Below are positions 10,481 to 21,126 of a stretch of 31,092 bases of DNA, in pieces. Numbering within the stretch: the first letter of the stretch is position 1; every line of letters begins with the position of its first letter. The notes beneath the pieces were generated by a model that saw nothing but the letters and a program-made list of their open reading frames with translations, searched no databases and was not told where the DNA came from. This stretch comes from an uncultured delta proteobacterium. GTDB lineage: Bacteria; Desulfobacterota; Desulfuromonadia; Geobacterales; DSM-12255. Where the stretch lies: positions 1-31,092 of the forward strand of contig CAWBBV010000027.1 of assembly GCA_963787125.1 (NCBI GenBank), written 5' to 3'. The translations under genes and the position numbers were made by a program.

Positions 10481-11797
10481 ATGAAAACTTTTGTTCTGGA
10501 TACGAATGTCCTCCTCCACGACCCTCACGCACTTTACCGCTTTGAAGAGAACACAATCGTTATTCCGATTACGGTAATTGAAGAGATTGACAAGTTTAAA
10601 AAAGATATGAACGAGACCGGCAGAAATGCCCGGCAAGTTTCACGTCTTCTGGATAATCTCCGCACTGCCGGCTCCCTGTCAAAGGGTGTCGCTCTTGAGT
10701 CTGGCGGGATCCTGCGGGTGGAGATTTATGAGGATCAGGCGCTGAAATCCCTGCCACCAGGGCTGCATAGTGAGCATGGCGACAACCGGATTCTTGCCGT
10801 TGCCATGGAGCTTAAAGATAAAGCCGGCTCCGGACGGGTGATTCTTGTTTCAAAGGACACCAATCTGCGGATTAAAGCTGATGCTCTTGGGCTTGTTGCT
10901 GAGGATTATGAGTCTGACAAGGTTGAGATTGAAGAGCTTTACTCCGGCACTGCCGATCTCAAGGTGACAGCCGAACAGGTCGACCGCTTTCACGGTCAGG
11001 GGTGGCTCGACGGCATCAATTCACTGCTGCCGAACCAGTTTGTGACACTGTATGATGAAACTAATCTGAATCATACCGGCATCGGCCGCTTTGATGCGCT
11101 GAAGGAGAGAATCCTGCCACTCCGCAAAGGTGGTAAAGACGGCATCTGGAGTATCTCTTCCCGCAACCGGGAGCAGGCCTTTGCTATCGACGTGCTGCTT
11201 GATGACTCGATAAAGCTGGTGACTCTGGTAGGGAAGGCCGGGACCGGGAAGACCCTTTTGGCAATCGCTGCCGGTCTGCACAAGGTTGCCGAAGAGAATG
11301 TCTATAACCGGCTGCTGGTGTCACGTCCGGTATTCCCCATGGGCAAGGATATCGGCTTTCTCCCCGGCGATATTGAAGAAAAACTTGCCCCCTGGATGCA
11401 ACCTATTTTTGACAACGTCGAACTGCTCCTCTCCGGGCATGAAGCAGAAAAGCGCCACAGTAAAGGGTACAAGGAGCTGGTGGCCATGGGGATCATGGAG
11501 ATTGAGCCGCTTACCTACATCCGCGGTCGCTCCATTCCCAATCAGTTCATGATTGTTGATGAAGCCCAGAACCTGACTCCTCATGAGATCAAGACCATCA
11601 TTACCAGGGCTGGTGAAGGGACAAAGATCGTTCTTACCGGAGATCCATACCAGATTGACAACCCGTACGTAGACGCTTCGAGCAACGGCCTGACCTACCT
11701 GGTTGAAAGACTCAAGGGGCTGAATATTTCCGGTCATGTGACGATGATGAAAGGTGAGCGGTCCGAGCTGGCTGAACTGGCAGCAAACCTCCTCTAA
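10481..11797 (+). CDS. PIN-domain/PhoH-family ATPase (PhoH2/YlaK type)
   Basis: N-terminal PIN (FVLDTNVLLHDP, DNRIL, SKDTNLRIKA); Walker A GKAGTGKT; GFLPGDIEEK, YIRGRSI, DEAQNLT, GDPYQID. Confidence 0.93.
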   Translation: MKTFVLDTNVLLHDPHALYRFEENTIVIPITVIEEIDKFKKDMNETGRNARQVSRLLDNLRTAGSLSKGVALESGGILRVEIYEDQALKSLPPGLHSEHGDNRILAVAMELKDKAGSGRVILVSKDTNLRIKADALGLVAEDYESDKVEIEELYSGTADLKVTAEQVDRFHGQGWLDGINSLLPNQFVTLYDETNLNHTGIGRFDALKERILPLRKGGKDGIWSISSRNREQAFAIDVLLDDSIKLVTLVGKAGTGKTLLAIAAGLHKVAEENVYNRLLVSRPVFPMGKDIGFLPGDIEEKLAPWMQPIFDNVELLLSGHEAEKRHSKGYKELVAMGIMEIEPLTYIRGRSIPNQFMIVDEAQNLTPHEIKTIITRAGEGTKIVLTGDPYQIDNPYVDASSNGLTYLVERLKGLNISGHVTMMKGERSELAELAANLL

Positions 11798-12829
11798 ATG
11801 CTAGTTCTTTCAATAGAAACTTCATGTGACGAAACCGCTGCAGCGGTAGTGCTTGATGGGCGCAAAATTCTTTCCAGCATCGTCGCCTCCCAGGTAGATA
11901 TTCATGCAGCTTATGGTGGCGTGGTTCCGGAGATTGCATCAAGGAAGCATCTGGAGAGTATTTTGCCGGTCATTGAGAATGCCCTCAAGGACGCCGCCGT
12001 CACGCTGGCCGATATCCAGGGCCTGGCTGTTACCCGCGGTCCCGGTCTGATAGGGGCTCTGCTGGTGGGAGTCTCTGCTGCCAAAGGGATAGCCCTGGGG
12101 AGGCAACTGCCACTTGTGGGTGTAAACCACATCGAGTCGCACCTGCTCGCCATTCTTCTCGAAAAAGAGGTTGAATTTCCGTTCGTGGCATTGGTCGTGT
12201 CTGGCGGTCATACTCATCTTTATAAAGTTGACGGGGTAGGGGTATATCGGACACTTGGTCAGACAATCGACGATGCAGCCGGTGAGGCTTTCGATAAGGT
12301 CGCAAAGCTTTTCGGAATTCCCTATCCAGGGGGAGCCGTCATTGATCGGCTGGCAACAACCGGCAATCCGAAGGCAGTGAACTTTCCCAGGCCGCTGCTC
12401 CATGATAAAAGCTTGAATTTCAGTTTCAGCGGTCTCAAAACAGCAGTCATGACCTATCTGAAGCAAAATCCTTTATCAGCGGCACAAGGCGAACTGCCAG
12501 ACCTTTGTGCATCATTTCAGGCCGCTGTAGCTGAACTCCTGGTGGCAAAATCTGCTGAAGCGCTGAAACGGAGCGACTGTAAGAGATTGGTGGTGGCCGG
12601 TGGAGTTGCCTGCAACTCAGGTCTGCGCAGGTCAATGCAGCTGTTTTCAGAGAAAAGCGGGGCAGAAATTTTTTTCCCCTCCCCGGCTCTTTGTGCCGAT
12701 AATGCTGCCATGATTGCCGTCCCGGGCGACTTCTACCTTTCACAAGGATTCTCCTCCCTGGATTTTGATGCAGTTCCCAGTTGGTCGCTGGACCTGATTT
12801 CCACCCAATTACAAGGTAGACTCAATTGA
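11798..12829 (+). CDS. tsaD: tRNA threonylcarbamoyladenosine (t6A) biosynthesis protein TsaD
   Basis: IETSCDETAAA, GGVVPEIASRKH, VNHIESH, VSGGHT, DDAAGEAFDK, FSFSGLKT, DNAAMIA. Confidence 0.97.
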   Translation: MLVLSIETSCDETAAAVVLDGRKILSSIVASQVDIHAAYGGVVPEIASRKHLESILPVIENALKDAAVTLADIQGLAVTRGPGLIGALLVGVSAAKGIALGRQLPLVGVNHIESHLLAILLEKEVEFPFVALVVSGGHTHLYKVDGVGVYRTLGQTIDDAAGEAFDKVAKLFGIPYPGGAVIDRLATTGNPKAVNFPRPLLHDKSLNFSFSGLKTAVMTYLKQNPLSAAQGELPDLCASFQAAVAELLVAKSAEALKRSDCKRLVVAGGVACNSGLRRSMQLFSEKSGAEIFFPSPALCADNAAMIAVPGDFYLSQGFSSLDFDAVPSWSLDLISTQLQGRLN

Positions 12830-13650
12830 AACCACTTAAAGCAATAAAAATGCTTGGGCAGAACTTTCTGACCGACAGTAACGTTATCAGCCGGATCGTT
12901 TCACTGGTTGATCCTGCCCCTGATGATTTCATCCTGGAGGTAGGACCGGGTCAGGGGGCGCTGACTAAGGAACTGGTTGCCTCCGGAGCTTCGGTTGTGG
13001 CGGTGGAGCTGGATCGCAGACTTGCGCCGCTCCTGGCTACCGAATTTGCCGGCAACACCAGAGTAAATATAGTTGAAGCCGATGTTCTCAAGGTTGATCT
13101 GCCCGCGCTGCTTTCCGGGTTTACCGACCGTAAGTGGAAGGTTGCGGCAAATCTCCCTTACAACATCTCTTCCCAGGTACTGATAAAGTTCCTCGAGACA
13201 CCGACGCTGTTCACCGATCTTTACCTGATGCTGCAAAAGGAGGTTGGTGATCGTTTGGCTGCACAGCCGTCGACAAAAGAGTACGGGATCCTGACCCTTT
13301 TCTGTCGCCTCCATTTTGATGTCAAGAGGGAGTTTCTTGTCAAGCCCGGCTCTTTCCACCCTGTCCCGAAAGTTGACTCTGCCGTTCTTCGTTTCAAGGC
13401 ACTCCCCGGGCCCCGAGTTGCAGTTGGTGATGAAGCGCTTTTCAGGCGACTGGTCAAGGCGTCTTTTAATCAGCGCCGTAAAACTCTCTGGAACTGTCTT
13501 AAGGCGAGCGGCTTTACTGCCGACGAAGCTTCTTTAAGGGCAGTTCTCCTTGACGTGGGGATTGATGAAAAGAGAAGGGGTGAGACGCTCTCGCTGGAAG
13601 AGTTTGCAAAGCTTTCCTGCAGATTTTCGCAAGCAGCCGATTTAACCTGA
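12826..13650 (+). CDS. rsmA: 16S rRNA m6,2A1518/1519 dimethyltransferase
   Basis: LGQNFL, LEVGPGQGALT, ANLPYNIS, MLQKEV, FHPVPKVDS, FNQRRKTL; TTG start overlapping the tsaD stop. Confidence 0.97.
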   Translation: MKPLKAIKMLGQNFLTDSNVISRIVSLVDPAPDDFILEVGPGQGALTKELVASGASVVAVELDRRLAPLLATEFAGNTRVNIVEADVLKVDLPALLSGFTDRKWKVAANLPYNISSQVLIKFLETPTLFTDLYLMLQKEVGDRLAAQPSTKEYGILTLFCRLHFDVKREFLVKPGSFHPVPKVDSAVLRFKALPGPRVAVGDEALFRRLVKASFNQRRKTLWNCLKASGFTADEASLRAVLLDVGIDEKRRGETLSLEEFAKLSCRFSQAADLT

Positions 13651-13721
13651 AAATTGTGGCATCAAGTCCTTTTGGTATGGTATAAATCGCTGATATTTAA
13701 TTTCACCTTTATGGAGTTTGC

Positions 13722-15083
13722 ATGAAGATAGCGGTAATCGGTAGCGGTTATGTCGGTTTGGTAGCAGGTGCCTGTTTTGCTGAGAGCGGCAACAATGTCA
13801 TCTGTGTAGATATCGATGAAGCCAAGATAGAAGGGCTTAAGCAGGGGATAATCCCTATTTACGAGCCAGGGCTTAAAGAGATGGTGCTCCGTAATAGCGC
13901 TGAGGGGAGACTCTCCTTCACGACTGATCTTGAGAGCGCCGTAAAAAGTTCCCTCGTCAACTTCATCGCTGTCGGCACCCCCCCGGGAGATGACGGTTCA
14001 GCTGACCTCAAATATGTTCTCGGCGTGGCCAGAAGTATTGGCAAGCATATGCAGGGGTTCAAGGTTATCGTTGACAAATCCACGGTGCCGGTAGGTACCG
14101 CCGACAAAGTCCGGGCAGCCGTCCAGGAAGAACTTACCGCCCGTAATCTCTCCATAGAGTTTGATGTCGTTTCAAACCCTGAATTCCTGAAAGAGGGGGC
14201 GGCGATTGACGACTTCATGAAGCCTGACAGAGTCGTTATTGGCACTGACAATGTCCGTACCGCAGAAATCATGAAAGAGTTGTATGAGCCGTTCATGAGG
14301 AAGAACAACCGCCTTATAGTCATGGATATCCGCAGCGCCGAAATGACCAAATATGCCGCAAACGCAATGCTTGCCACCCGTATCTCCTTCATGAACCAGA
14401 TAGCCAACCTCTGCGAGCTAATGGGTGCAGATGTGGCTGCAGTCAGGGACGGCATCGGGTCCGACTCCCGGATCGGCTACGACTTCCTCTTCCCCGGCCC
14501 TGGTTACGGCGGTTCCTGCTTCCCTAAAGATGTCAAGGCTCTGATCAAGACTGCAGAAGAGAGCAGCTATGATTTTCTTCTCCTCAAAGCTGTAGAAGAG
14601 GTTAACGAGCGGCAGAAGGAAGTTCTCTCCACCAAGCTCCTTAAAGCCTTGGGTGATGGCAGCAGTGCGCCGCTTGCCGGCAGAACAATCGCCTGCTGGG
14701 GGCTTTCGTTCAAGCCAAGAACAGACGACATGCGTGAAGCGCCGTCTCTTACCATCATAGAAAACCTCCTGGCCGCAGGCGCAAAAGTCCGTGCCCATGA
14801 CCCTGAATCACTCAAAGAGGCGCGCAAATTCTTCGGTGAGCGAATAGAGTACAGTAATAACCAGTACGAGATTCTAAATGGTGCTGACGCTCTTGTCATC
14901 ATCACCGATTGGAGCGAATACCGGACGCCTGACTTTGAGCGTATTATCGCAGAACTCAAGGTTCCCCTGGTTGTTGACGGCAGGAATCTTTATAAACCGG
15001 AAAGGATGAAGAGTGCCGGTTTCAACTACATCCCGCTAGGCCGTAACAGCTCCCCCGCAGTTGCTAACGGGGGGACGAAATAG
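13722..15083 (+). CDS. ugd: UDP-glucose 6-dehydrogenase
   Basis: [50 protein letters not shown]. Confidence 0.95.
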   Translation: MKIAVIGSGYVGLVAGACFAESGNNVICVDIDEAKIEGLKQGIIPIYEPGLKEMVLRNSAEGRLSFTTDLESAVKSSLVNFIAVGTPPGDDGSADLKYVLGVARSIGKHMQGFKVIVDKSTVPVGTADKVRAAVQEELTARNLSIEFDVVSNPEFLKEGAAIDDFMKPDRVVIGTDNVRTAEIMKELYEPFMRKNNRLIVMDIRSAEMTKYAANAMLATRISFMNQIANLCELMGADVAAVRDGIGSDSRIGYDFLFPGPGYGGSCFPKDVKALIKTAEESSYDFLLLKAVEEVNERQKEVLSTKLLKALGDGSSAPLAGRTIACWGLSFKPRTDDMREAPSLTIIENLLAAGAKVRAHDPESLKEARKFFGERIEYSNNQYEILNGADALVIITDWSEYRTPDFERIIAELKVPLVVDGRNLYKPERMKSAGFNYIPLGRNSSPAVANGGTK

Positions 15084-16013
15084 ATGCGGATCCTTGTAAC
15101 CGGCGGCGCCGGCTTTATCGGCTCTCATCTCTGCGAAAGACTGCTGGGCGACGGCCACGAAGTTGTCTGTCTGGATAATTTTTTCACCGGCACCAAACAG
15201 AACCTCAATCACCTGCTCGACAATCACAACTTTGAGCTTATCAGGCATGACATAACAGAACCAATCCTCCTTGAAGTTGACAGAATCTATAATTTTGCCT
15301 GTCCGGCATCACCGGTACACTATCAGTACAACCCGGTAAAGACCGTCAAGACCAGTGTCATGGGTACCATCAATATGCTGGGACTGGCAAAGAGAGTAAG
15401 GGCCCGGATACTCCAGGCATCCACCTCCGAAGTTTATGGCGATCCGCAGATTCACCCCCAGACTGAAGATTACTGGGGTAATGTCAACCCTATCGGTATC
15501 CGCAGCTGTTATGACGAAGGTAAGCGGGTAGCAGAAACGCTTATGATGGATTATCACCGCCAGAATAGTGTTGATATCCGCATTATCCGCATCTTCAATA
15601 CCTACGGCCCGAAAATGGCCGAACATGATGGCCGGGTGGTCTCCAACTTCATTACTCAGGCGCTGCGCGGTGAGGATATAACTGTTTATGGTGATGGCAG
15701 CCAGACTCGATCATTCTGTTATGTCAGTGATCTTGTCGAGGGGATTATCCGGATGATGGAGTGCGAAGGTTTCATCGGGCCGGTCAATCTTGGCAATCCT
15801 ACCGAAACGACAATTCTTGAATTTGCGGAAAGAATCATTAACCTGACCGGCAGCAGTTCAAAGATAATTTTCAAACCCCTGCCGGCAGACGATCCCAAAC
15901 AGCGGCAGCCGGACATAAGTCTTGCCGGCGAAAAGCTGGGCTGGAAGCCGATTGTCCCTGTTGAAGAAGGTCTGCAGCGAACGATTAATTATTTCTCGTC
16001 GTTGATGGCGTAG
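15084..16013 (+). CDS. uxs: UDP-glucuronate decarboxylase (UDP-xylose synthase)
   Basis: [58 protein letters not shown]. Confidence 0.92.
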   Translation: MRILVTGGAGFIGSHLCERLLGDGHEVVCLDNFFTGTKQNLNHLLDNHNFELIRHDITEPILLEVDRIYNFACPASPVHYQYNPVKTVKTSVMGTINMLGLAKRVRARILQASTSEVYGDPQIHPQTEDYWGNVNPIGIRSCYDEGKRVAETLMMDYHRQNSVDIRIIRIFNTYGPKMAEHDGRVVSNFITQALRGEDITVYGDGSQTRSFCYVSDLVEGIIRMMECEGFIGPVNLGNPTETTILEFAERIINLTGSSSKIIFKPLPADDPKQRQPDISLAGEKLGWKPIVPVEEGLQRTINYFSSLMA

Positions 16014-16029
16014 GGGGTAAACAACTGTC

Positions 16030-16338
16030 ATGCAGAGGCGGATGTATATCATCCCGATACTCGCGGTAACCTTTATTCTCTACTTCACCATCTTCGGGGA
16101 ACGGGGTCTGTTGCGCATCTACCACCTTAACAAGGAAAAACAGGATGTGCAGCTCAGACTTGAGGCGCTGAAAGGCGACAATCTGAAGCTGGTGCGGGAG
16201 GTAGATGCCCTGAAGAATGACCGCCGTTATCTAGAGAGTATTGCCCGGCGTGATTTCGGGATGGTGCGCAAGAACGAGATTATCTATCAGTTCCCTCAGA
16301 AGAGTGATGCAAAGAGCCCGGTTCAGGAGAAACCATGA
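16030..16338 (+). CDS. ftsB: Septum formation initiator (FtsB/DivIC family)
   Basis: Single TM helix, FGERGLL, coiled coil, YLESIARRDFGMVRKNEIIY. Confidence 0.88.
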   Translation: MQRRMYIIPILAVTFILYFTIFGERGLLRIYHLNKEKQDVQLRLEALKGDNLKLVREVDALKNDRRYLESIARRDFGMVRKNEIIYQFPQKSDAKSPVQEKP

Positions 16339-16505
16339 AAACAGTGCAAAGATGTGTGGTGTGCGCCTGGCGTGGAAACTGTGCCAAGCGCTTTTCTGTT
16401 TCTGAGGGCGGTGCCAGATGCCCTGATTTTTCAAGGGATGTAACGATAAAGGAGCTGCCCGAAGATTCTGAGGCACTCGACAGCACTAAGGAGCCTGAAA
16501 AGTGA
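16335..16505 (+). CDS. 56-aa Cys-rich small protein (not in ORF track)
   Basis: [68 protein letters not shown] overlap with ftsB stop and GTGA overlap with argS start. Confidence 0.8.
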   Translation: MKTVQRCVVCAWRGNCAKRFSVSEGGARCPDFSRDVTIKELPEDSEALDSTKEPEK

Positions 16506-18190
16506 CAGTACGCAGCTTGTTACGCGAAATTATTCAATTATCACTTGAGGGATGTAAGGCTCAAGGGCTTTTGACGGCCGACAGTTTTCCGGCGATTGTT
16601 ATCGAGATTCCTGCCGATCAACTTCACGGTGATTTCTCTACCAATGTTGCCATGCAGCTTGCCAAAGGCGAGAGGAAAGCGCCCCGGGCAGTTGCAGTCC
16701 TGATAACGGAGCAGCTCGCAAAAAACAGCGAGATTTTTGAAAAGATCGATGTTGCCGGGCCAGGATTCATTAATTTCACCCTTAAACCATCTTTCTGGCA
16801 AGGGAGGCTTCCAGAAGTAATTTTGGAAGGGGCTGCTTACGGAAAATCAACCTCCGGCCAGGGGCAGCGTGTTCAGGTTGAATTTGTCAGTGCCAACCCC
16901 ACCGGGCCGCTCCATATAGGTCATGGCAGGGGCGCTGCCATTGGCGATACTCTTTGCCGTCTGCTTGATGCTGCCGGCTGGAAGGTAACCCGCGAGTTTT
17001 ACTACAACGATGCCGGCCAGCAGATAGCAAACCTTGCTCTCTCGGTACAGGCCCGCTGTCTGGGCGTAGAGCCGTGTGATCCTGCCTGGCCTCTCGACGG
17101 CTATCAGGGCGAGTACATTAAAGAGCTGGCAAGAGCGTTTCTTGCCGGAGAGTCTGTATCGGCCGGCGACGCTGCCGTTACTGCCAGCGCTGATGCTGCC
17201 GATCTTGATGAGATCCGGAAATTTGCCGTAGCAGCTCTGCGCCGCGAGCAGGACAGCGACCTCCAGGCGTTTGATGTCTCCTTCGATAATTACTTTCTGG
17301 AATCTTCACTCTACTCTGACGGTCTTGTCGAGCAGGCCGTCAAGCGAATTATTGACAGTGGTCACTCCTTCGAACAGGATGGCGCCCTCTGGTTGCGGAC
17401 TACTGATTTTGGCGATGACAAGGACAGGGTCATGCGCAAATCAGACGGCAGCTACACCTATTTTGTTCCTGATGTCGCCTATCACCTGAATAAATGGGAA
17501 AGAGGCTTTGTTCGGGTCATCAACGAACAGGGGGCTGATCATCACAGTACCATAACCAGGGTCAGGGCAGGGCTGCAGGCTCTTGACGCCGGCATACCAA
17601 AGGGGTGGCCCGAGTACCTGCTCCATCAGATGGTGACAGTTATGCGGGGTGGTGAAGAGGTCAAGATATCAAAACGCGCCGGCAGTTATGTGACCTTGCG
17701 AGACCTTATAGACGAAGTCGGCCGTGATGCAACCCGCTTTTTCTTTTTAATGCGTAAACCTGATTCTCAGCTGGTTTTCGACATAGATCTGGCAAAGCAG
17801 CAGTCATCAGACAACCCTGTTTATTATGTTCAGTATGCCCATGCACGGATCTGCAGAATTCTGGAGTCAGCCGTAGAATCAGGTCTTTGTTATGAAGGGG
17901 GCGCGGCGTTTCTCCCGTTATTGGCAACGGTTGAAGAGCTTGACATCATGAAGAAAGTGTCAGCTTTTCCGGAAACAGTCGCCGCCGCCGCCGTCAACCT
18001 TGAACCGCACCGGATTACCGCATATTTGCATGATATGGCGAGTCTGCTCCACAGCTTTTACAGCAAGCACAGGGTTCTCGGTGATGATCCTTCACTGACT
18101 CAGGCACGGCTCTACCTGCTGGTTGTGGTCAGGCAGACGCTGCAAAACGGACTTGCCATCCTCGGCGTCACAGCTCCGGAGAAGATGTAA
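16502..18190 (+). CDS. argS: Arginine--tRNA ligase
   Basis: [34 protein letters not shown] (HIGH), [20 protein letters not shown]. Confidence 0.97.
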   Translation: MTVRSLLREIIQLSLEGCKAQGLLTADSFPAIVIEIPADQLHGDFSTNVAMQLAKGERKAPRAVAVLITEQLAKNSEIFEKIDVAGPGFINFTLKPSFWQGRLPEVILEGAAYGKSTSGQGQRVQVEFVSANPTGPLHIGHGRGAAIGDTLCRLLDAAGWKVTREFYYNDAGQQIANLALSVQARCLGVEPCDPAWPLDGYQGEYIKELARAFLAGESVSAGDAAVTASADAADLDEIRKFAVAALRREQDSDLQAFDVSFDNYFLESSLYSDGLVEQAVKRIIDSGHSFEQDGALWLRTTDFGDDKDRVMRKSDGSYTYFVPDVAYHLNKWERGFVRVINEQGADHHSTITRVRAGLQALDAGIPKGWPEYLLHQMVTVMRGGEEVKISKRAGSYVTLRDLIDEVGRDATRFFFLMRKPDSQLVFDIDLAKQQSSDNPVYYVQYAHARICRILESAVESGLCYEGGAAFLPLLATVEELDIMKKVSAFPETVAAAAVNLEPHRITAYLHDMASLLHSFYSKHRVLGDDPSLTQARLYLLVVVRQTLQNGLAILGVTAPEKM

Positions 18191-18195
18191 CCAAG

Positions 18196-18648
18196 ATGAG
18201 AGACTACAGCGAACGTCGCCAGAGCCGTACCGCAGCACCTGTAGCACCAAAACGACCATCAGTCTGGCCGTACGTGCTGCTTATTTTATTTTTGCTGATA
18301 GTTGCTTATCTTGCCGGAGTAGGTACCGGCTGGTACCTTTTCCGGCCGGGAGGCAGGCTCTTTAAAACACCACCGGTTACTCAAGCTGCTCCTGCTGCCA
18401 AAGGTCCGGCTGCGGCGCTCCCGCCACAAGGGGCGCCCCTGACGCCGGCAAATATGCAGCAGCCGCCACAGCCGTCGCAGCAACCGGCTCAGCCTTCGCC
18501 TGAAAAAGCGGGTGCTGCCCCGCCCCTGACTTTCTATAATACCCTCCAGAAAGGGAATAAAGGGTTGATGGGGACGGGGATCAATCAGCCGAAAGAGCCG
18601 CCGCAAACTCCGGCCAAACCTGCAGCTGCCACACCACCAGAGCACTGA
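18196..18648 (+). CDS. Bitopic membrane protein with Pro/Gln-rich linker (FtsN-like N-terminus, no SPOR domain)
   Basis: MRDYS..R start, one TM helix, Pro/Ala/Gln-rich tract and LTFYNTL motif; position directly after argS. Confidence 0.65.
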   Translation: MRDYSERRQSRTAAPVAPKRPSVWPYVLLILFLLIVAYLAGVGTGWYLFRPGGRLFKTPPVTQAAPAAKGPAAALPPQGAPLTPANMQQPPQPSQQPAQPSPEKAGAAPPLTFYNTLQKGNKGLMGTGINQPKEPPQTPAKPAAATPPEH

Positions 18649-18651
18649 CCA

Positions 18652-19332
18652 ATGGATAACTTCTTGTTAAAACTTTCAATAATGCTTGTCCCCGGACTTA
18701 TGGCCATAACCTGTCATGAGGTCTCCCACGGTTTTATCGCCTATCTGCGTGGCGACAATACTGCTAAGAGCCTGGGGCGACTGACCCTCAACCCCCTCAA
18801 ACATCTGGATATCATCGGCACAATCATGATTATTGTTGTCGGCATCGGCTGGGCAAAACCGGTTCCGGTCAACTTCAACAACCTGCGTAGCCCAAAGCGC
18901 GACATGATCTGGGTTGCTGCGGCCGGGCCGATTACCAATCTTACTCTGGCAGTATTTTCCGCCGCCCTGATCCGTTTTATCATCCCCTTGACAGCACCTA
19001 TTCCGGATGCGTCGTGGTTGCAGCTTTTTCTGGAACCGATAATGCTCATGCTGGCATTTTCCGTTTATATCAATCTGCTGCTGGCCCTTTTTAATTTCAT
19101 CCCTCTCCCTCCGCTTGATGGCGGCAGAGTCCTCATGGGACTGCTGCCAAACCGTCTGGCAGCGTCACTGGCGAGGATCGAGCCTTACGGCATGATAATC
19201 ATAATTGTGATCGTATTTTTTACCGATATTTTCAGGTATACGATTCTCCCCATGCTCGGCGTTATGGTTCATCTGCTTGCCGGGCCCCAAAGTAAGTTGG
19301 TCTTCTCAGTCACTCAATACCTGATGCGTTAA
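18652..19332 (+). CDS. Site-2 protease family (M50) membrane metalloprotease
   Basis: HEVSH, GRLTLNPLKHLD, GWAKPVPVN, AGPITN, FNFIPLPPLDGG. Confidence 0.93.
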   Translation: MDNFLLKLSIMLVPGLMAITCHEVSHGFIAYLRGDNTAKSLGRLTLNPLKHLDIIGTIMIIVVGIGWAKPVPVNFNNLRSPKRDMIWVAAAGPITNLTLAVFSAALIRFIIPLTAPIPDASWLQLFLEPIMLMLAFSVYINLLLALFNFIPLPPLDGGRVLMGLLPNRLAASLARIEPYGMIIIIVIVFFTDIFRYTILPMLGVMVHLLAGPQSKLVFSVTQYLMR

Positions 19333-19345
19333 GGAGCATTTGTTT

Positions 19346-20329
19346 ATGAAAAACAGACGTATTGTCAGCGGCATGCGGCCGACCGGCAAGCTGCATCTTG
19401 GTCATTTTCACGGCGTGCTTGCCAACTGGCTTGAACTGCAAAAAGAGTATGAATGTTTTTTCTTTGCCGCTGACTGGCATTCGCTGACAACCGAATATGC
19501 TGATACCTCCGGCATCCGTGAGAGTATCAGTGACATGGTGCTCGACTGGATCGCTTTTGGTATCGATCCTGAGAAGAGCACCATCTTCTGCCAGAGTGCG
19601 GTTCATCAGCATGCGGAGCTGAACCTGATACTCTCCATGATAACCCCTGTATCCTGGCTGGAGAGAAATCCCACCTACAAGGATATTCAGGATAATCTTG
19701 CGGCCAAAGATCTCTCCACCTTCGGCTTTCTCGGCTATCCGGTATTGATGGCTGCCGATATCATTCTCTACCGGGCGACAAAGGTACCGGTTGGCCACGA
19801 TCAGTTGCCGCATCTTGAGATAACCCGTGAGATCGCCCGGCGTTTCAACCACCTCTACGGTGAAGTATTTCCCGAGCCTGAAGCACTCTTGACAGAATCG
19901 CCGAAAGTGCTCGGCCTTGATGGCAGAAAGATGAGCAAGTCCTATGGGAATGCAATTTTTCTTTCGGAAACTGCCGATGAAACCCGTAAAAAGGTGCTGT
20001 CGATGGTCACTGATACCCAGAGGGTCAGGCGAGCCGATCCGGGTGATCCGGAGAAATGTGTTGCCTATTCGCTCAACCACCTTTATCTGACTGAAGGGCA
20101 GAAAGAGGAGATAGGCGTAGCCTGCCGCGCCGCCTCAATCGGCTGTGTCGATTGCAAAAAGATGCAGGCCCAGGCGCTGGTAGAGGCGATGGAGCCGTTT
20201 CGCAGCCGGCGTGAAGAGCTCACCGCCGCGCCGTCAATGGTAGCTGATATCCTGGCCCATGGGGCGAAGAAAGCCGCCGCCCATGCCGCTGAAACCATCC
20301 TGCTCGTTCGGGAAGCGCTCAGGGTCTGA
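19346..20329 (+). CDS. trpS: Tryptophan--tRNA ligase
   Basis: SGMRPTGKLHLGH, GYPVLMAADI, VPVGHDQLPH, KMSKS; ATG 19346 follows an AAGGAG SD. Confidence 0.97.
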   Translation: MKNRRIVSGMRPTGKLHLGHFHGVLANWLELQKEYECFFFAADWHSLTTEYADTSGIRESISDMVLDWIAFGIDPEKSTIFCQSAVHQHAELNLILSMITPVSWLERNPTYKDIQDNLAAKDLSTFGFLGYPVLMAADIILYRATKVPVGHDQLPHLEITREIARRFNHLYGEVFPEPEALLTESPKVLGLDGRKMSKSYGNAIFLSETADETRKKVLSMVTDTQRVRRADPGDPEKCVAYSLNHLYLTEGQKEEIGVACRAASIGCVDCKKMQAQALVEAMEPFRSRREELTAAPSMVADILAHGAKKAAAHAAETILLVREALRV

Positions 20330-20334
20330 CCATA

Positions 20335-21126
20335 ATGCTAACCCAGGAGCAGAGCTCTCTCTTTTCAAACGATGACTCCATTGCCTGTCTTGTCAGAACA
20401 GAAGCCTTCGAGGGTCCGCTTGATCTGCTCCTTCACCTCATTAAGAAGAATGAGGTGGATATCTACAATATTCCGATGGCCACAATTTCGCGGCAGTACC
20501 TTGATTACCTCGATGTCATGCGGGAGCTGAATCTCGATGTTGCCGGGGAGTTTCTGGTCATGGCCTCGACTCTTATCCAGATAAAGTCCCAGCTGCTGCT
20601 ACCCCAGGCAATAGATCCTGAAGCGGAGGCCGACCATGGCGAAGACCCGCGCGCCGAGCTGGTCAGGCGTCTCCTTGAATATGAACGCTACCGTGAAGCA
20701 TCCCTGCTTCTGGTCGCCAGAGAGGTGCTTGACAGGGATGTTTTTGCCCGTACCTTCCCCTCTGAAGAGCTTGAAGCCTTTCCTTCTGACGAAGCGCTGC
20801 CGGTAGTAGAGCTTTTTGAGCTTGTCGATGCTTTCAGGCGGATCCTCGCCAAGGTACCTCATGAGTCTTTCCACGAAGTCGGCTCTGATAATATCAGTAT
20901 CGCCGACAGAATCAGCGACATCCTCCTGTTTCTTCGCGACAGAGAGTCTGTCGATTTTGAAGAGCTTTTTGCCGGGAGCACTACCCGGGAGCTTATCGTC
21001 GCCTCATTTCTGGCAATTCTCGAACTCTGCCGGCTGAGGATGATCAGACTGATGCAGTTTGAAAACTATGGCAGAATAGTGGTGAAGAGCGCCGTCATTC
21101 TTGAAGTTGCGGAGGATGAGCCATGA
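20335..21126 (+). CDS. scpA: Segregation and condensation protein A
   Basis: FEGPLDLLLHLIKK, EFLVMASTLIQIKS, DPRAELVRRLLEY, FLAILEL. Confidence 0.95.
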   Translation: MLTQEQSSLFSNDDSIACLVRTEAFEGPLDLLLHLIKKNEVDIYNIPMATISRQYLDYLDVMRELNLDVAGEFLVMASTLIQIKSQLLLPQAIDPEAEADHGEDPRAELVRRLLEYERYREASLLLVAREVLDRDVFARTFPSEELEAFPSDEALPVVELFELVDAFRRILAKVPHESFHEVGSDNISIADRISDILLFLRDRESVDFEELFAGSTTRELIVASFLAILELCRLRMIRLMQFENYGRIVVKSAVILEVAEDEP

